Below the pieces are notes generated by a model. It searched no databases and was not told where the DNA came from. It was given only the letters and a program-made list of their open reading frames with translations. The translations under genes and the position numbers were made by a program. From an uncultured Sphingomonas sp. (GTDB lineage: Bacteria > Pseudomonadota > Alphaproteobacteria > Sphingomonadales > Sphingomonadaceae): 64,000 bases of DNA. The first letter of the stretch is position 1. Each line of letters begins with the position of its first letter. Below are positions 40,108 through 50,282 of this stretch, piece after piece. The stretch covers positions 13,701 through 77,700 of the forward strand of contig NZ_CAXTEM010000008.1 in assembly GCF_964243315.1 (NCBI RefSeq), written 5' to 3'.

Positions 40108-41187
40108 GTGGATGGCTGGCTGATCCTCGACAAGCCGCTCGGGCTCGGCTCGACCCAGGGCGTGTCCTCGGTCAAGCGCGCGCTGCGCCAGGGCGGCTAT
40201 GGCAAGGCGAAGGTGGGGCATGGCGGGACGCTCGATCCGCTCGCGACCGGCGTGCTGCCGATCGCGATCGGCGAGGCCACCAAGCTCGCCGGGCGGATGC
40301 TCGACAGCGACAAGGTGTACGACTTCACGATCAGGTTCGGGGTACAGAGCGATACGCTGGACCTCGAGGGTGCAGTGGTTGCGGAGAGCGACGTCAGGCC
40401 GACGCTGGCAGCGTTGGAGGCTGTGCTGCCGCGCTTTACCGGGCCGATTTCACAGGTGCCGCCGTCCTATTCGGCGCTGAAGGTCGACGGCAAACGCGCT
40501 TACGCGCTGGCCCGAGCCGGTGAAGACGTGGTTCTCGCTAGCCGCGACGTAACGGTCCACGCACTTCATTCCTCCACATTACGGGGAGGGGGACCGTTCC
40601 CGCCAGCGAATGGTGGAGGGGGCCCTCCACAAGCGGGATCGCTCGTGGAGCGCCCCCTCCACCATCCTGCGGATGGTCCCCAGCGGCAGGTCGATCATGC
40701 CCCGCATGATCGAGGATCGTCCGGGGGACGATCCGACCTGCCGCTCCGTCCCGGGGAGGAATTGGGCGAGATCACCCTCACTGCGCATGTCTCGAAGGGC
40801 ACCTATATCCGCAGCCTGGCGCGCGACATCGCGCTCGCGCTCGGCACGGTCGGCCATGTCACCATGCTCCGTCGTATCAAGGCAGGGCCGTTCGACCTCT
40901 CCTCGGCGATATCGCTGGACAAATTGGCGGAAGCCGGTATGGCGCGCGGCCTGGAACAATTACTCCTGCCATTGAGGGCGGGGCTGGACGACATCCCGGC
41001 TCTCGCGCTCGACCCCGACCAGGCAGGAGCGCTCCGACAGGGGCGTGTGCTGGCCGGGTTCGCTGCCGATGATGGCCTCCGCTTCGCGTGCATGGACGAT
41101 GTTCCGGTCGCGCTCGTCGAGGTCCGTGACGGAAACGTCCATGTCGTCCGCGGCTTCAATCTCGCGATGTCGAAGGAAAACGAATGA
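40108..41187 (+). CDS. truB: tRNA pseudouridine(55) synthase TruB with a 65-aa in-frame insertion
   Basis: [53 protein letters not shown]; GTG start. Confidence 0.96.
   Translation: MDGWLILDKPLGLGSTQGVSSVKRALRQGGYGKAKVGHGGTLDPLATGVLPIAIGEATKLAGRMLDSDKVYDFTIRFGVQSDTLDLEGAVVAESDVRPTLAALEAVLPRFTGPISQVPPSYSALKVDGKRAYALARAGEDVVLASRDVTVHALHSSTLRGGGPFPPANGGGGPPQAGSLVERPLHHPADGPQRQVDHAPHDRGSSGGRSDLPLRPGEELGEITLTAHVSKGTYIRSLARDIALALGTVGHVTMLRRIKAGPFDLSSAISLDKLAEAGMARGLEQLLLPLRAGLDDIPALALDPDQAGALRQGRVLAGFAADDGLRFACMDDVPVALVEVRDGNVHVVRGFNLAMSKENE
40568..40762. repeat. Family B palindromic element inserted in frame in truB, carrying a nested 64-nt element
   Basis: attcctcc...ggaggaat termini, 195 nt; internal ggggagggggacc, ggtggagggg, cccctccacc, ggtcccc arms. 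Confidence 0.88.
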
Positions 41188-41453
41188 CGATCACTGCCGA
41201 GCGCAAGGACGCGCTCATCAAGGAACATGGCCGCGTCGAAGGCGACACCGGTTCCCCCGAAGTCCAGGTCGCGATCCTGACCGAACGGATCCGCAACCTG
41301 ACCGAACATTTCAAGGGCCATGCGAAGGACAATCATTCGCGCCGTGGCCTGCTGATGATGGTCAACAAGCGGCGCACGCTGCTCGACTATCTCCGTCACC
41401 GCGACGGCCAGCGCTATCTCGATCTGATCGCGAAGCTCGGCCTACGCAAGTAA
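41184..41453 (+). CDS. rpsO: 30S ribosomal protein S15
   Basis: [29 protein letters not shown]. Confidence 0.99.
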   Translation: MTITAERKDALIKEHGRVEGDTGSPEVQVAILTERIRNLTEHFKGHAKDNHSRRGLLMMVNKRRTLLDYLRHRDGQRYLDLIAKLGLRK

Positions 41454-41457
41454 CCGC

Positions 41458-41483
41458 GAACGGCGCCCTCGGGCGCCGTTCTT
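41458..41483 (+). terminator. Hairpin after rpsO
   Basis: gaacggcgcc-ctcg-ggcgccgttc followed by a short T run. Confidence 0.55.
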
Positions 41484-41637
41484 GCATCCAGGATACCTCC
41501 GCTTCGATGCGGAGGCACATGCCAGCTAGCAATAAGGCGACACTGGCGGGGCCACGAAAGGCCCTGAACCGCCGCGGGCCGGCTTAGCCCGCAGATAGGC
41601 CCCGCACGCATCTGGCGTGCGGAGTGAAGGAAAATAC

Positions 41638-44010
41638 ATGTTCGATACCAAGAAGGTAAGCATCGAGTGGGGCGGAAAGACCCTCACGCTCGAGACCGGC
41701 CGCGTCGCTCGTCAGGCCAATGGCGCGGTTCTCGCGACGTTGGGCGAGACCGTGGTGCTCTGTGCGGTCACCGCCGCGCGCACGGTCAAGGAAGGGCAGG
41801 ATTTCTTCCCGCTCACCGTCCACTATCAGGAAAAATTCTCGGCCTCGGGTCGCATCCCCGGCGGCTTCTTCAAGCGCGAGCGCGGCGCGACCGAGAAGGA
41901 GACGCTGACCAGCCGTCTCATCGATCGCCCGATCCGGCCGCTGTTCCCGGAAGGCTTCTACAACGAGATCAACGTGATCTGCCAGGTTCTCAGCTATGAC
42001 GGCGAGAACGAGCCCGACATGCTCGCGATGGTCGCGGCATCGGCGGCGCTGACGATCTCCGGCGTTCCGTTCATGGGCCCGATCGGCGCAGCGCGCGTCG
42101 GCTATGTGGATGGCGAGTACATCCTCAACCCGACCAGCGAGCAGATCAAGGAAGGCGATCTTGACCTCGTCGTCGCCGCCACGCACAATGCAGTAATGAT
42201 GGTCGAATCCGAAGCCAAGGAGCTTTCGGAAGAGGTCATGCTGGGCGCGGTCCAGTTCGCGCACGTCGCCTGCCGCGAGGCCGCCGACGCGATCATCGAC
42301 CTGGCCGAGCAGGCCGCCAAGGATCCGTGGGAAATGGCCGAGCAGGCCGATCTCTCCGCGGCCAAGGACAAGCTGAAGAAGCTGGTCGGCAAGGACATCG
42401 CGGCTGCCTACAAGGTGACCGACAAGTCCAAGCGTTCGAACCTTCTCAACGAGGCGCGCGCGAAGGGCAAGGCGGCGTTCGCCGATGCCGCGCCGCAGGA
42501 CCAGATGGCCGCCGGCAAGCTGATGAAGAAGCTGGAAGCGGAGATCGTTCGCGGCGCCATCCTGAAGGACGGCACCCGCATCGACGGTCGCACCACCACG
42601 CAGATCCGTCCGATCGAGTCGATGGTGCACTTCCTGCCGCGCACGCATGGCTCGGCGCTGTTCACGCGTGGCGAGACGCAGGCGATCTGCACCACCACGC
42701 TCGGCACCCGCGACGCCGAGCAGATGATCGACGGTCTCGACGGCCTGTCGTACCAGCACTTCATGCTGCACTATAACTTCCCGCCCTATTCGGTCGGCGA
42801 AGTCGGTCGCTTCGGCGCCCCCGGGCGTCGCGAAGTCGGCCACGGCAAGCTCGCCTGGCGCGCGCTGCACCCGGTGATGCACATGAAGCAAGACTTCCCG
42901 TACCCGCTCCGCGTCATCTCCGACATCACCGAGTCGAACGGCTCGTCGTCGATGGCGACGGTGTGCGGCGGTTCGCTGTCGATGATGGACGCCGGCGTGC
43001 CGCTGAAGCGCCCGGTGTCGGGCATCGCAATGGGCCTGATCCTCGAAGGCAAGAACTTCGCGGTGCTTAGCGACATCCTCGGCGACGAGGATCACCTCGG
43101 CGACATGGACTTCAAGGTCGCGGGCACGTCCGAAGGCATCACCACGATGCAGATGGACATCAAGATCGCGGGCATCACCGAAGAGATCATGAAGGCCGCG
43201 CTCGATCAGGCGAAGGAAGGCCGCGCGCACATCCTGGCGGAAATGGCCAAGGCGCTCGACCACACCCGCGAGGAACTGTCGGCGCACGCACCGCGCATCG
43301 AGACCTTCACGATCGACAAGTCGAAGATCCGTGAAGTCATCGGCACCGGCGGCAAGGTGATCCGTGAGATCGTCGCCACTACCGGCGCGAAGGTCGACAT
43401 CGACGATGAGGGCGTGATCAAGGTGTCGTCGTCCGACACGTCGCAGATCGAAGCCGCGATCAAGTGGATCAAGGGCCTCGTCGAGGAAGCGGAAGTCGGC
43501 AAGGTCTACGACGGCAAGGTCGTCAACCTGGTCGATTTCGGCGCCTTCGTGAACTTCATGGGCGGCAAGGACGGTCTCGTCCACGTCTCCGAGATCCGCA
43601 ACGAGCGGGTCGAGAAGGTCGCGGACGTGCTGAGCGAAGGGCAGCCGGTGAAGGTGAAGGTCCTCGAGATCGATCCGCGCGGCAAGGTTCGCCTGTCGAT
43701 GCGCGTCGTCGATCAGGAAACTGGCGCCGAGCTGGAGGACACCCGTCCGGCGCGCGAACCGCGTGAAGGCGGCGACCGTGGTCCGCGCGGCCCGCGCCGT
43801 GACGGCGACGGTGGTCGTGGCCCGCGCGGCGAAGGCGGCGGTGGCCGTGGCGAAGGTCGGGGCGACCGTGGCCCCCGTCGCGATGGCGACGGCGGCCGTG
43901 GCCCGCGTCGCGACGGCGGCGGCGAGCGCGGCCCGCGGCCCGAGCGTGCGGGCGACGACGCCCCCGCGCCCGAGTTCGCACCTGCGTTCCTGAACAACGA
44001 TCGCGACTGA
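41638..44010 (+). CDS. pnp: Polyribonucleotide nucleotidyltransferase
   Basis: [53 protein letters not shown] and S1 domains, RG-rich tail. Confidence 0.99.
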   Translation: MFDTKKVSIEWGGKTLTLETGRVARQANGAVLATLGETVVLCAVTAARTVKEGQDFFPLTVHYQEKFSASGRIPGGFFKRERGATEKETLTSRLIDRPIRPLFPEGFYNEINVICQVLSYDGENEPDMLAMVAASAALTISGVPFMGPIGAARVGYVDGEYILNPTSEQIKEGDLDLVVAATHNAVMMVESEAKELSEEVMLGAVQFAHVACREAADAIIDLAEQAAKDPWEMAEQADLSAAKDKLKKLVGKDIAAAYKVTDKSKRSNLLNEARAKGKAAFADAAPQDQMAAGKLMKKLEAEIVRGAILKDGTRIDGRTTTQIRPIESMVHFLPRTHGSALFTRGETQAICTTTLGTRDAEQMIDGLDGLSYQHFMLHYNFPPYSVGEVGRFGAPGRREVGHGKLAWRALHPVMHMKQDFPYPLRVISDITESNGSSSMATVCGGSLSMMDAGVPLKRPVSGIAMGLILEGKNFAVLSDILGDEDHLGDMDFKVAGTSEGITTMQMDIKIAGITEEIMKAALDQAKEGRAHILAEMAKALDHTREELSAHAPRIETFTIDKSKIREVIGTGGKVIREIVATTGAKVDIDDEGVIKVSSSDTSQIEAAIKWIKGLVEEAEVGKVYDGKVVNLVDFGAFVNFMGGKDGLVHVSEIRNERVEKVADVLSEGQPVKVKVLEIDPRGKVRLSMRVVDQETGAELEDTRPAREPREGGDRGPRGPRRDGDGGRGPRGEGGGGRGEGRGDRGPRRDGDGGRGPRRDGGGERGPRPERAGDDAPAPEFAPAFLNNDRD

Positions 44011-44035
44011 TCGGTTCGCCTCGGCGATCGATCCG

Positions 44036-44065
44036 AAGGGGGCTCGGGAAACCGGGCCCCTTTTT
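44036..44065 (+). terminator. Rho-independent terminator after pnp
   Basis: aagggggctcgg-gaaa-ccgggcccc followed by a T run. Confidence 0.85.
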
Positions 44066-44232
44066 CGTCGGTGCCCCCGAAATGTCGGCCCCCGCCACGA
44101 ACCGGTACGCTCATCTCCTATAGTGGCGACATGGAGATGCTGCGTTCATGGTCGATGACGGCCACCTCATCGGCGTGGCTGATCGCGGCCCGCCAGCGCG
44201 TGCTCCGCATCTGGCGCGGCACCGGTTATGGC

Positions 44233-45415
44233 ATGGTGCTCGACGAGCTTGACCTGTTCCGCGATCGCGGGATGAGGATCCTGGTCCTGATCGGCTGGGC
44301 CTCTACCGCTGCGATGGCGATCCTGGGATGGCTGGCGGGCAACGTCATGACGATCGCGGTGGTGGCGCTATCGGCCGCCACCACCGTCCTGCCAACGCTG
44401 TTGCTGCTCCGCAAGCGGCACGACCGCGTCGCCAGGCTGCTGACCGGATCGATGGCGGTGATCCACCCCGCGCTTGCGCTGTACCTGCTGCACGGCGAGG
44501 GGTGGAGCGCCTATGCGAGCATGTATTCGTTCGTGGCGCTCGCCTCGCTGATCGTGTTGTGCGACTGGCGCCCGATCGCGATCGCGACCATTCTGACCGT
44601 CACGCATCACGTCACCGCCAGCGCCCGACAGATCGGCGGCGATGGGCCGGACGCGGAGATCCTGATCCACGCGCTGGCGCTCACACTGCAGGCGGTCGTG
44701 CTTTGCTACGTCACCGCGCAATTGCGGGCGCTGATGACTCATCAGCACAAGGCGCGCATCGAGAGCGACCGGCTCGCCAGCCTTGCGATCGACGCACGGG
44801 GCGAACTCGAGGCTGCGTTGGCGCGGAGCATCGCGGTCGAACGGCGCGAGGCCATCGAGCGCGAGCAGCGCCGCGGTGGTCGAACTCGCCAAGCGCACCA
44901 CCACGATCCATGGCTTCGTCACTTCGATCCAGGAGATCGCCGCCAACACCAGCCTGCTCGCGCTCAATGCGACGATCGAGGCCGTGCGCGCGGGCGAGGC
45001 CGGGCGCGGCTTTCGCATTGTCGCGGCGGAGGTCAGCAATCTGGCCGAACAGACGCGCGGGGCGTCGGGCGAGATCGGCGTGCTGGCGGGATCGGTCGAG
45101 ACCGGCGCGCAGATCGCGAACGGCGCGCTGGCCGATATCGCCGCCACGATCGATCAACTGTCCAACGCCGCGGAAACGATCCGGTCGGAGGTCAGTCACC
45201 ACCACCATACCGCGACCGCGATCGAACGCATCGCGCGCACCACTGCCGAACAGATGGACAAGATCGCGGACGAGATGACCGGCGTCGCGCAGGTCGCGGG
45301 CAAGACCGCCAGCCTGTCCGACTGTGTCGCTGGCGCCGCCACCGGGCTATCCGCGACCGCGCAGCAGCTGCTCGCGGCGACCGACCGGTTCGTGGTCCAG
45401 CTGAAGGCGGCCTAG
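44233..45415 (+). pseudogene. Methyl-accepting chemotaxis protein, frameshifted near 44870 (start uncertain)
   Basis: Multi-TM N-terminus in one frame; [20 protein letters not shown] signalling tip in another frame. Confidence 0.8.
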
Positions 45416-45442
45416 AACATGATGTCGTCAGACTGACCCAGC

Positions 45443-45588
45443 CCGTTCGTCCCGAGTAGTCATCGAGTAGCCGGTAGGCGTATCGAGATGGCATATCGAA
45501 GGACAGGTTGGCGCTTGGAACCTGTGCCTCGGTACGAGCTCTCGATACGCCCGTGCGGGGCTTCTCGATCTCTACTCGGCACGAACGG
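45443..45588. repeat. Nested palindromic element, family A
   Basis: ccgttcgtcccgagtag...ctactcggcacgaacgg; shares tatcgaaggacaggttggcgc with the 16608 copy. Confidence 0.85.
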
Positions 45589-45634
45589 CCGGGGTAGGAT
45601 CAGCGTGCCCTAGCTCAGTCCGGCAGACCTTTCG

Positions 45635-46414
45635 TCAGTTCCTGAAGCCGGGATCGATCCGGTCGAGCTTGCGCAGCAAGGCGGGCCAGGCGAGTCGTTC
45701 CGCCAGCATCCCCATCCCCTTGGGATTGGACTGGTTGGCGACCTTGTGGTCCACGCCCTGCGGCGGATTGTTGAGGTTCTCGCGCCCCGCCGACAGCATC
45801 AGCACCTGCGCCTCGCACGCGCGCTCCAAGAAATAGAGCCGCAGGAAGCAGGCGCCGACGCTCTCGCCGACCGCGAGCGTGCCGTGGTTGCGCAGGATCA
45901 TCGCGTTCTTGGTGCCGATATCGGCGACCAGCCGCTCGCGCTCCTCCAGGTCGGTCGCGATGCCCTCATAGTCGTGGTACGCGACGTCGTGCCCCGCGAT
46001 CATCGACGTCTGGGTATGCGGCAGAAGCCCAAACGCCATCGCCGACACCGCCTGTCCGTGCGGGGTGTGCAGGTGCATCACCGCCGCCGCATCGTCGCGC
46101 GCCATGTGGATGGCCGAATGGATGGTGAAGCCCGCCGGGTTGACCGGGTGATCGGTCTTGCCGACCGGCTGGCCGTGGACATCGATCTTGACCAGGCTCG
46201 ACGCGGTGATCTCCTCGAACATCATGTCGTACGGATTGATCAGGAAGTGATGCTCGGGCCCCGGCACCCGCGCCGAAAGATGCGTGAAGATCAGGTCGTC
46301 CCAACCGTAGAGCGCCACCAACCGGTACGCCGCCGCGAGATCCACCCGCGCCTCCCACTCGCCCGGCGCCATCTGGTTGTCGGCGGTCGAGTCGATCGAT
46401 GCGAGCGTGGCCAT
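45635..46414 (-). CDS. Class II aldolase/adducin family protein
   Basis: DLAAAYRL, IFTHLSARVPG, GFTIHSAIH, VMHLHT, ILRNHGTL. Confidence 0.93.
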   Translation of the reverse strand: MATLASIDSTADNQMAPGEWEARVDLAAAYRLVALYGWDDLIFTHLSARVPGPEHHFLINPYDMMFEEITASSLVKIDVHGQPVGKTDHPVNPAGFTIHSAIHMARDDAAAVMHLHTPHGQAVSAMAFGLLPHTQTSMIAGHDVAYHDYEGIATDLEERERLVADIGTKNAMILRNHGTLAVGESVGACFLRLYFLERACEAQVLMLSAGRENLNNPPQGVDHKVANQSNPKGMGMLAERLAWPALLRKLDRIDPGFRN

Positions 46415-46428
46415 GGGTCTCTCTCCGA

Positions 46429-46445
46429 TTGTCGTTTGCCGACAA
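46429..46445. promoter_or_regulatory. Candidate operator upstream of the aldolase gene
   Basis: TTGTCG-N5-CGACAA, 14 nt from the start codon. Confidence 0.35.
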
Positions 46446-46554
46446 CCATACCCGTTTCGCGAGCCCTGCTCAACGGCGCGAGATGGAAGAGCATACCGGG
46501 AGGTGGAAACTGGGCGAGTTTTGGAGTGGGCCGCCGTTCATTCGTCTACCACCT

Positions 46555-46650
46555 CCGTCACCCCGGACTTGATCCGGGGCCCCGCTCTCTATCCAAGCCG
46601 AGCCTCGGTGACGCACTTATCGGGCCCCCGGATCAAGTCCGGGGTGACGG
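46555..46650. repeat. CGTC-tagged REP doublet, family C
   Basis: ccgtcaccccggacttgatccgggg...ccccggatcaagtccggggtgacgg. Confidence 0.9.
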
Positions 46651-46704
46651 CAAGAGTCGAGGAGAAGGAGGATCAGGAACAGCGATTCTCACCGCCGCGC
46701 AGAC

Positions 46705-47030
46705 CGAGTGGGGAGCTTCTGTTGCCCGGTGCTCCCCGTACCGCTGGAATCCGCTTCTGTTGCCCGGTGCGGTCCAACCGCGCTATTTTAGAGTAACTTC
46801 AGGCCGTTAAGCCCTTAGTTACGCCGCAATCGCGAGTGCTTCGTTATCGTTGGCACTTGTGTATGGGCCGTCACGGTGGTCCCATTCCGAGCAAAAGAAA
46901 GCGCTTTTCAACACACGTCGATCCTGGTTCGACCCCGTCATCGCCACCCGTTGCCGGAGGGCGGTGGTGGAGTCGCCGGGTACTGCCCCCGGGTCCGCTG
47001 CGCCTATTGTACGCAATCCTTTATCGCCAT
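46705..47030 (-). ncRNA. ssrA: Two-piece (permuted) tmRNA; outer ends approximate
   Basis: Acceptor piece ends GGCGACTCCACCA at 46965; 28-nt spacer; coding piece starts GGGGTCGAA at 46936; tag ANDNEALAIAA* at 46854-46819. Confidence 0.96.
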
Positions 47031-47136
47031 AGTCGGTTGGCCGAAGCCCGCCGACGCGACCGATATAGGCTCGCCCCCCGCGCCGTGCAAACCCCGCCTT
47101 TCGCTCGCCACAATAAAGGACCATAGCGACCGGATC

Positions 47137-47568
47137 ATGTTGACCCAGCGTTCCCGCTACGCCCTTCGCGCGATGCTGTTCCTCGCCGAAGCGCCACCTG
47201 GTGGGCCGCCGATCCCGATGACGCGGATCGCGGCCGAAGCGAACGTGCCGCGCAAGTTCCTGGAACTGATCCTCGCCGATTTGCGCGATGCCGGCTTCCT
47301 GCACAGCCATCGCGGCAAGATGGGCGGCTATCGCCTGTCGCGGCCGTCGCACCTGATCTCGCTGGGCGAGATCATTCGGGTGATCGAAGGTCCGCTGGCG
47401 CTCATCCCCTGCGTCAGCCGTACCGCTTACCGCGCCTGCAAGGATTGTCGTAGCGAAGCCGACTGCGCGATCCGCCACGCGATGCTCCGGGTGCGCGACG
47501 AAACCGCGCGTATCCTCGACGGCACCAGCCTCGCCGATGCGAACAGCGAGGATCTGGCGGCGGCCTGA
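47137..47568 (+). CDS. Rrf2-family transcriptional regulator
   Basis: MLTQRSRYALRAM, VPRKFLELIL, SHRGKMGGYRL, C-terminal Cys cluster. Confidence 0.93.
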   Translation: MLTQRSRYALRAMLFLAEAPPGGPPIPMTRIAAEANVPRKFLELILADLRDAGFLHSHRGKMGGYRLSRPSHLISLGEIIRVIEGPLALIPCVSRTAYRACKDCRSEADCAIRHAMLRVRDETARILDGTSLADANSEDLAAA

Positions 47569-47584
47569 ACGGCCCGCGGCCCGG

Positions 47585-48016
47585 TCAGACCCGCGGACGC
47601 GCCTGCAGTTCGTCGCGAATCTCGCGCAGCAGGGTGATGTCGGCAGGCTCGGCGACCTGCGGGACCTCCGCCTTCGGCACCATCCGGTTTACCGCGCGGA
47701 TGATCATGAAGACGATGAACGCGATGATCAGGAAGTTGACAGCGGCGGTGATGAACGCGCCATAGCCGAACAACGGCACACCCGCCTTCTTCAGCGCGCC
47801 ATAATCGGTCGACCCGGCCAGCGCCGCCGGGACCGGCCCGAGTGTCACGAAGTAGCTCGAGAAATCGAGCCCGCCGAATATCCGCCCGATGATCGGCATC
47901 AGCACGTCGTCGGTCAGCGAGGTCACGATCTTGCCGAACGCGGCACCGATGATCACCGCCACCGCCAGATCGAGCACGTTGCCGCGCATGACGAAGGTCT
48001 TGAACTCTTTCAGCAT
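47585..48016 (-). CDS. mscL: Large-conductance mechanosensitive channel
   Basis: MLKEFKTFVMRGNVLDLAVAVIIGAAF, LLREIRDEL. Confidence 0.98.
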   Translation of the reverse strand: MLKEFKTFVMRGNVLDLAVAVIIGAAFGKIVTSLTDDVLMPIIGRIFGGLDFSSYFVTLGPVPAALAGSTDYGALKKAGVPLFGYGAFITAAVNFLIIAFIVFMIIRAVNRMVPKAEVPQVAEPADITLLREIRDELQARPRV

Positions 48017-48121
48017 GCGCAGGCCCCGATCATGATGGTGCCCATAGGCTAGGTCACGATAGGCTATTCGCCAAGCCCGCAGCGTGTACTATATCGATGG
48101 CACAGAGCCAGGAGGGTGTTC

Positions 48122-48706
48122 ATGACGCTACGTTTCATCGCTGCCGCCGCCATGGCCGCTTCGCTCGCGGGGTGCGGGATCAATTCGATCCCAACCGCGG
48201 AGGAAAAGGTCAACGCGCGCTGGGCCGATGTCCAGAACGACTATCAACGCCGCGCCGATCTCATCCCCAACCTCGTCGCGACCGTGAAAGCCGCGGGCGC
48301 GCAGGAAAAGAGCATCCTCGTCGAGGTCACCCAGGCCCGTGCCGGCGCCAATGCGGTGACGCTGTCGCCCGAGGAGTTGAGCGATCCGAGCAAGGTCCGC
48401 CAGTACGAACGCGCACAGAACAATGTAAGCCTGTCGCTCCAGCGCATGCAGGAGGCGTATCCCGAGCTGAAGTCGCAGGGCAATTACACCACGCTGATGA
48501 GCCAGCTGGAAGGCACCGAGAACCGCATCGTCATCGCTCGCCGCGACTACAACACCGCGGTGCAGGAATATAACACGCGGATCCGCACCTTCCCCGACGC
48601 GGTCGGCGCCAAGATCTTCTACGGCGCCAAGCCCAAGGTGCCGTTCCAGGCAACGAGCGCCAATGCCGAAGTCGCGCCGACCGTGAACTTCGGGAACGGC
48701 GGCTGA
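48122..48706 (+). CDS. lemA: LemA family protein
   Basis: YQRRADLIPNLV, YPELKS, QLEGTENRI..ARRDYN. Confidence 0.95.
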   Translation: MTLRFIAAAAMAASLAGCGINSIPTAEEKVNARWADVQNDYQRRADLIPNLVATVKAAGAQEKSILVEVTQARAGANAVTLSPEELSDPSKVRQYERAQNNVSLSLQRMQEAYPELKSQGNYTTLMSQLEGTENRIVIARRDYNTAVQEYNTRIRTFPDAVGAKIFYGAKPKVPFQATSANAEVAPTVNFGNGG

Positions 48707-48741
48707 CCCGCGGCGGCGGGCGGCGGCGGCTGGAGGCGGCG

Positions 48742-49614
48742 ATGCGCGCGATCTCTTCGGTGCGGTCGATCGCCTGGCTGGCGTTGCTGCTCGCCATGCT
48801 GGCTCCCGCGGTCGCGGCGGCACAGACTTTTCCGCCCTTCACCGGGCTGGTGGTCGATGCCGCCAACGTCCTGACGCCCGAAGCGGAGGCCGATCTGACC
48901 GCCAAGCTCGCGGCGCTGCAACGCGATACCAAGCGCCAGCTGGTCGTGGCGACGATCCCCGACCTGCAAGGCTACCCGATCGCCGACTATGGCTATCGCC
49001 TCGGCCGTGCATGGTCGGTCGGGCTGAAGGACGTCAACAACGGCGCGATCCTGTTCATCGCACCGAACGAGGGCACCGGGCAGCGCGGCCCGCGGATCGA
49101 GGTCGGCTATGGCCTGGAGCCGGTGCTTACCGACGCACTGTCCAGCGTCATCATCAACACCAAGATGATGCCGCTACTGAAAGCCGAGAACGTCTCGGGC
49201 GCGATGATCGCCGGCGCCGACGCGATCATCGCTCAACTGCGTGCGTCGCCGGACGAGGCGAAGGCGCGCACCGACGCCGCGATCGCGGAATTCGACCGCA
49301 CGCATCGGCAGAACCAGTCCAGCAGCGGTGGCGGGTTCCCGATCTCGCTGATCTTCTGGTTCGTCATCCTCGCCTTTGTCGTGCTGCCGATGCTGCGCGG
49401 CCGCGGACGCGGGCGGGCGTATCGAGGCGGCGGCGGCGGCAATCTGCCGATCGTATTGTGGTCGATCGCCAACGAGATCGGCCGCGGATCGGGTGGCGGT
49501 GGCGGCAGCTGGGGCGGCGGTGGCGGTTCGTCGGGCGGCGGCTGGGGCGGCGGTGGCTTCACCGGCGGCGGCGGCGGGTCGTTCGGCGGCGGCGGCGCGT
49601 CGGGGGATTGGTGA
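48742..49614 (+). CDS. TPM domain protein (YgcG-like) with Gly-rich tail
   Basis: VVDAANVL, QLVVATIPDL, RIEVGYGLEPVLTD, GGSFGGGGASGDW. Confidence 0.92.
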   Translation: MRAISSVRSIAWLALLLAMLAPAVAAAQTFPPFTGLVVDAANVLTPEAEADLTAKLAALQRDTKRQLVVATIPDLQGYPIADYGYRLGRAWSVGLKDVNNGAILFIAPNEGTGQRGPRIEVGYGLEPVLTDALSSVIINTKMMPLLKAENVSGAMIAGADAIIAQLRASPDEAKARTDAAIAEFDRTHRQNQSSSGGGFPISLIFWFVILAFVVLPMLRGRGRGRAYRGGGGGNLPIVLWSIANEIGRGSGGGGGSWGGGGGSSGGGWGGGGFTGGGGGSFGGGGASGDW

Positions 49615-50282
49615 TGATGCTCGACGACGATCGCGCCAGCGTCAGCGCCGCAGTCGCTGCGGCCGAGCTCGGCACCGCGGGTGAGATCGTCACGATCGTC
49701 GCGCCCGAATCGGACGCCTATCACGACGTCGCGCTGCATTGGGCGGTGCTGGCGATGCTGCTCGTCCTCGCGCTGCTGTCCGCCTGGCCGAGCCTCGTCG
49801 ACCCGCTCTATGCGCTGGTCGCGGATCCCTGGACCATGGCGATGCCTCCCAGCGCGCTGCTCGGCGCTGCGTTGGTGCTCGTCACGCTGGCGTTCCTGCT
49901 GGTCCGCGTCGCGCTGGCATGGCGGCCGCTGCGGCTCGCACTCACCCCGCGTACGACCAAGGCACGGCGTGTCCGCCGCCGCGCGATTACGCTGTTCCGG
50001 GCGAGCGCCGAGCGGCGCACCAGCGGGCGCACCGGCGTGCTGCTCTACCTGTCGCTCGCCGAACATCGCGCCGAGATCGTCGCCGACCAGGCGATCCATT
50101 CGCGGGTCGCGCCCGAAGTCTGGGGCGATGCGATGATCGCGCTGATCGCGGCGGTGCGCGACGGCCGCGCCGGCGACGGCATGGCCGAGGCGGTGACCCG
50201 CATCGGCGTGGTGCTCGCCGAGCATTTTCCGCGCCGTGCCGACGACATCAACGAACTTCCCGACCGGGTGATCGAGCTATGA
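49614..50282 (+). CDS. TPM domain membrane protein
   Basis: AAELGTAGEIV, TSGRTGVLLYLSLAEHRAEIVAD, DINELPD. Confidence 0.88.
   Translation: MMLDDDRASVSAAVAAAELGTAGEIVTIVAPESDAYHDVALHWAVLAMLLVLALLSAWPSLVDPLYALVADPWTMAMPPSALLGAALVLVTLAFLLVRVALAWRPLRLALTPRTTKARRVRRRAITLFRASAERRTSGRTGVLLYLSLAEHRAEIVADQAIHSRVAPEVWGDAMIALIAAVRDGRAGDGMAEAVTRIGVVLAEHFPRRADDINELPDRVIEL

Noticed and set aside
42865-42915. Atypical PNPase segment [13 protein letters not shown]
   Set aside because: It looks divergent from the sequence I remember, but the frame and flanking motifs are intact and I cannot evaluate it without an alignment.
46705-47030. Permuted tmRNA as a novelty
   Set aside because: The two-piece form is the established state in alphaproteobacteria.
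46500-47140. Genomic island or prophage at ssrA
   Set aside because: No integrase, no duplicated tmRNA end and no foreign genes flank it.
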